From NCBI GenBank assembly GCA_024626585.2, contig JANKJI020000002.1, positions 92,596,469-92,621,730 of the forward strand: a stretch of DNA of 25,262 bases, given 5' to 3'. Of this stretch, positions 20,535 through 25,262 are shown in pieces. Made by a program: the position numbers and the translations under genes. The stretch is from Ginkgo biloba. Lineage: Eukaryota; Plantae; Ginkgophyta. The notes below the pieces were generated by a model that was given only the letters and a program-made list of their open reading frames with translations, ran no database searches and had not been told where the DNA came from. Numbering within the stretch: the first letter of the stretch is position 1; every line of letters begins with the position of its first letter.

Positions 20535-21974
20535 NNNNNNNNNNNNNNNNNNNNNNNNNNNNNNNNNNNNNNNNNNNNNNNNNNNNNNNNNNNNNNNNNN
20601 NNNNNNNNNNNNNNNNNNNNNNNNNNNNNNNNNNTTAAATAATTAACTAAAATCTAAATTACCTATGCATTATTTGAATTAATAATTAATTTTTTCAACA
20701 TTCATTAATTCATATACAATAAAAATAAATGAAATAACATTAGCAGATAAAAAAATTAAATTCATTACACATGGTTGAAGTTATATTTATTAATCCAAAC
20801 CCAAATGTATTTACAAATGCCAATATAGACCAATAATAAACTATTACATCAAACTCGATTCAATCTATCTTACCAATACTAGATCTCTCACATATAGTGA
20901 GTATTTTTAGTTATCATCATATTATAAACATAATGCATCTCGTAATGTATCCCAGAATATTCCTTTTTCAAACATAGAATATTTATTAGGTGAATATTCA
21001 TTTACATCTTATAAAAAAAAAGAATATATACATTTATCTAACCTTTGATATTTGATTACTTACATGTAGTCAAATCATATTCAATATTACAGGAGTTAGT
21101 TACTACTTTGTTACCAATGTACTAGGTTTACAATGCTCTTTCACTGATATGAGGTTTTGAAAGGTTTCGTGTAAGGATAAGAAAACTTATTGTTCATTTT
21201 TATCTCATCAATCCTCTCCTAGTAATTTTCATGTCTCTAGACAAGGTGGAGACTTTCAACTCTAATTATGACGTCTCCTAATTTGCCTCTCAACATTCTC
21301 TAGTTCCAACTTCTTCTCCAAATTCATCTCTTTACTAAGCTTCTCCTTATCTTACTTGGCCTTATTTTTTATCCTAGAAAAATATTGAGATTGGTTTTAT
21401 AGAAAAAAATTACATTATCCTTCACCATCTATTCAAACTTCTCTTCCAAATCATTTATTATATCCTAGATCATTCCTATTATATGCCTATATTATATTAA
21501 TTCAAACTCCTTTATTTCGAATTTCTTAGTTGCATAATAAACTCTATCTAGTTTGGTGTTTATGGTCTCCTTTTCCTTAGTTTTGTAATATAAGTCAAGC
21601 TTTTAAAAAATGGACATTAAGTCCTTATTGTACTTGTATTTATTATTCTAAAAAACCTTTAAATATTTTGGACAAATTTTCTCCATCTAATTTTTAATCT
21701 CATCTCTTTTAGCTATAAATGTACTACTAAATTATTCATTACATATTTGATTTCATCCACTTCCATTTGAGGTTTAAAAAAATTCTCATTAATTTATAAA
21801 ATTATTTTATGGACACCATCCAAAATATTTTTCTCCCTAGTCCTTATGATGTATTTAAGAAGTTTTGTATAATTAGTTCCAATTTACTATTTGTGACGTC
21901 CTCCTAACCATTCACCTGGGGTTAATAAAGTATTGATTTTTTATACTAAATTTTATCTTATTCTATTAATTCTT

Positions 21975-24111
21975 CAAGAATCTAACAAATGGAGTGCAAC
22001 TATTACTAACCAAATCACATAGTATACCAAACCATGTAGACATTTCCTCATCCAAAAACATGGCCATATTCTTGGCATTGGCTTCTATTATAGATTGCAC
22101 TTCTATTTATTATGTAACATAATATTTGTAGATTAAGAAATTCTTATTTTTTGAGATACTAGAGTGATTGGTCTAACAAAATCCAATCCACAAATTTTCA
22201 TAATGATTTAGAGAAATTACTAGATGTAGAGGAATTTTCCCTAGTTTTATAATCCTACCCATATGTTGGCTTAAGTAATATGTACATGTATATTCTTTAG
22301 CATCTTTAAACATAATAGGCCACTAATACTAAATCTATATAATTACTTGTGTTATGTGTTGTGCTATAAATGATCACCACAAGGTTCATCATGGAATACG
22401 TTCAAAATATTATAAATCTCATCTTCTTAAAGTCATCAATGAAAGATACTATAGGGTCCTTTCTTATAAAGATGTCCTTCAATCTATGTGTAGGAATCAC
22501 TTTTATGGAACAACTATTTATGTTCATTCTTTAGAAAATGTTTGTAAATAATCCACATNNNNNNNNNNNNNNNNNNNNNNNNNNNNNNNNNNNNNNNNNN
22601 NNNNNNNNNNNNNNNNNNNNNNNNNNNNNNNNNNNNNNNNNNNNNNNNNNNNNNNNNNAGGTTCATCATGGAACACATTCAAAATATTATAAATCTCATC
22701 TTCTGAAAGTCATCAATGAAGGATACTATAGAGTCCTTTCTTATAAAGATGTCCTTAAATCTATGTGTAGGAAGAACTTTTATGGAACAACTATTTATGT
22801 TCATTATTTAACAAATGTTTGTAAACAATCCCCATGACGTAAAAAAATAACAATATTTGCATATTATGTTCTCAAAGGGTTTGTCATCTAGAAAATTAAG
22901 AATTTTTCAAAGGTGACTTGTAATTACATTGTCCTTCCATAGTATACCAACTACCTCTAGCATGAATTCTTATTGCAAAGAAATTCAACATGTAATTCGA
23001 GGATTAGTATTGGTTTTATTCATAAAAAAATTAATAACTACATGATCTATATGACTAGAAAGAGAATCTTGAAATATAGTATCTAGATTCATCACTGACA
23101 AATATAATAGCAATAAATGTATTATCATGAATAATGTCACTATGATTTGTTAAAGAGCAATATTTATTGGCATAATAAATGACATTCTTAATCAGATCAG
23201 TATTTTATCCTTGAAAACTCCAATAGTAATATGGAAAGATGAATTTCAACTAGGTCCTTAAGGATTAGTGCAGAAACCAATTTCTTCATCAAAATTGAAA
23301 ATGCCTCTTCATAGTTTGGCATCCATTCAAACTACATGGATTTGATCAATAATTAGTCTCAATGTGTAGTAATCAAGCTAAATTCTTTATTGAAATGTCT
23401 ATATCCTATCTCGCATATCCAAGGAAACTCATGATATCATTTCCTTTAGTTGGTTATGGCATGTTTTTAATGATAACTATCTTGGTTAGATCTATGACAG
23501 TTCCATCTTCCAAGAGAAAATTCCCAAGAACAATGTCATCTAAAGGAAACATATTACATTTCTCATTGATTAAAGAGAGTTATATATATTTGCATTTCTG
23601 TAATGTAAATTATAATATTTCCAATGCTTCTTCTAATGCATTATAACATACAAAATAATAATCCACATATACCTCAATAAAATCATTAATATAATAGTAA
23701 AATAATGCTAATGAGAACTTATTGAAAGTTGATGAGAGTATTACATAAGCCGAAGGGAAAAATATGGTATGTGAGTGTGCATTAAGGATAAGTGAATGTG
23801 GTTTTATCCTAATTTTTTTATTCAATTTTAATTCATTTATAAGCAAAAAAACTATTAAGAAAAGAGAAGTAATTCCTAAAAGCGACATTGTCCAATACTT
23901 ATGGATGAGTGGAAAAGGAAAGTTATTCCTGTGAATAGTCGTATTCAAAGTTCTATAGTTAACACAAGCACACCACTTGCCTCCCTTCTTAAAAAAAAAA
24001 ACTAATAGGTAGACCCATTAGCTATCTAAACTATGCTAGATCATACTAGAATCAAGAAGTTTCTGCGATTCCATCTTAGTAGCTTGGATCATCATAATAT
24101 TTATCCTTATT
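21975..24111 (-). mobile_element. Decayed Athila-like (non-chromovirus) gypsy pol: RT - RNase H - integrase
   Basis: RT: ESQKLLDSSMI*HSLDS*WVYLLV..KKGGKWCACVNYRTLN..NNFPFPLI...DFIEVYVDYYFV..ALEEALEIL..LSLINEKC..IVLGN..IMSFLGYA. RH: HIDHVVINFFMNK...RITC*ISLQ*EF...KDNVITSHL. INT: FHDEPCGDH..Y*WPIMFKDAKEY..GLDFVRPI..FLDEEMSTWFGI. Confidence 0.92.
22382..22835. repeat. 177-bp direct duplication flanking a 100-N gap (22382-22558 and 22659-22835)
   Basis: Ungapped alignment with 13 mismatches by manual count (~93% identity). Also visible as twin ORFs 22354 and 22538. Confidence 0.95.
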
Positions 24112-24649
24112 NNNNNNNNNNNNNNNNNNNNNNNNNNNNNNNNNNNNNNNNNNNNNNNNNNNNNNNNNNNNNNNNNNNNNNNNNNNNNNNNNNNNNNNNN
24201 NNNNNNNNNNNCTAAGAAATACATTTTCTTATGTATCTTCTTTATAATATTATTTTATACTCCTAGCCAAGTCCATAATTTTTGGACTCTGAGAATATTT
24301 ATAAGATCTATAGTATACACAATAGTGTCTCACACTCTATATTTTAGTTTTTAAGTTTCTTGCCAATATGTATAATATTGAGTCATAAAAATTGATAAGA
24401 CTATTGAATGTATATGTATCCACATGCTCATAAAAATTGTAAATACTATCTGGAGAATAATCTAAATATGTATTTATAACAATTGATGATTAATAAGGAC
24501 AAGTCTATAATTAAACATATGAATATTAGTGAACCTATAGATATAATTAAATTTTTAATTAACAAACATTAGCGAGATGACAAATATGGGCATCTTAAAA
24601 TTTTTCTAATATTTATGTTTTAAAGGGAAATGATAAGACTATGAAATTT

Positions 24650-25262
24650 CTTTTATTGGTATAGATGATTGTTTCTTTTGAGTTGTTAAATATCCTAGAC
24701 AACTACTTGATACTTTGTTCATATAAACGTTGTCCTCATACACTACATCTAAGTGCAACCAAATTAAGCAAGTTTTACACAATGCACAAACTAGATTAGA
24801 ATTTAGATTTTATAGGAATAAGACATCTTACTTGACATTAGTTGATAAAATAATAAAATATAGTAGGCGTAAACATATAATTGGGTTCTTAATATTGTGA
24901 TTATTTAGCTTTAAATAAGTAGCATAAATTCATGATAAAAGAATGTGTTGTAAAGATTAAAACACACCAATTTCATCAACTTCATCTCATAATGAACTTA
25001 GATTTTACTAGTGCAATGCACATTTTTAAATAAATCATTATATAATCATCACACAAATTTATGAATAGATTCGAGACATGAAAATCATATGAGAGAAAAC
25101 TTGGTTTATGAGAATGAAATAAATTGACATTTCATTTGATGATCATACATTTTCACATAGTTTTTACCAATGGTAATGTCATAGGGATAGAAACTATAAT
25201 TTATATCTTAAGAATCTACATACAAAATGGAATAATATATTTTGACAATGGAAGACTCACAA
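24650..25262 (+). mobile_element. Highly decayed Ty1/copia GAG-pre-integrase and integrase remnant
   Basis: Pieces occur in copia order: IGIDDCFF, HKLD*NLDFIGIRHL (cf. WH.RLGHLNF..L), NIVGV, YCDYLALNK*HKF (cf. C..C.LGKQH..F), NLVYENEIN (cf. ALVENE), QNGII..NGRL (cf. QNGVAERKNRTL). Confidence 0.55.

Noticed and set aside
22354-22837. Twin His/Tyr-rich small ORFs as a duplicated peptide gene
   Set aside because: They are antisense to decayed integrase, and their duplication flanks an assembly gap.

Overview
AT-rich eukaryotic (most likely large-genome plant, gymnosperm-like) intergenic DNA from a fragmented scaffold with many fixed 100-N gaps. I see no intact host gene, RNA gene or CRISPR array. 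Much of the window is a nested pile of decayed retrotransposons. These include several Ty3/gypsy chromovirus pieces: two copies of one family with integrase + PPT + LTR, a CRM-like 5'LTR-PBS-gag, and RT, gag and integrase fragments. There are also non-chromovirus (Tat/Ogre- and Athila-like) pol fragments, a solo LTR with a near-perfect TSD, the 5' end of a LINE (ORF1 + start of ORF2) and a very decayed Ty1/copia integrase. All reading frames are broken, mostly by C>T/G>A stops at Gln/Trp/Arg codons. Family assignments come from manual translation compared with remembered consensus motifs, not from database searches. Adjacency across N gaps cannot be trusted. I found no convincing novel biological system. 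The best leads are (i) two same-family elements with entirely different palindromic U3 repeat arrays, (ii) a candidate plant-mobile-domain extra ORF, (iii) a divergent chromodomain-like integrase tail and (iv) the LINE ORF1/ORF2 junction.
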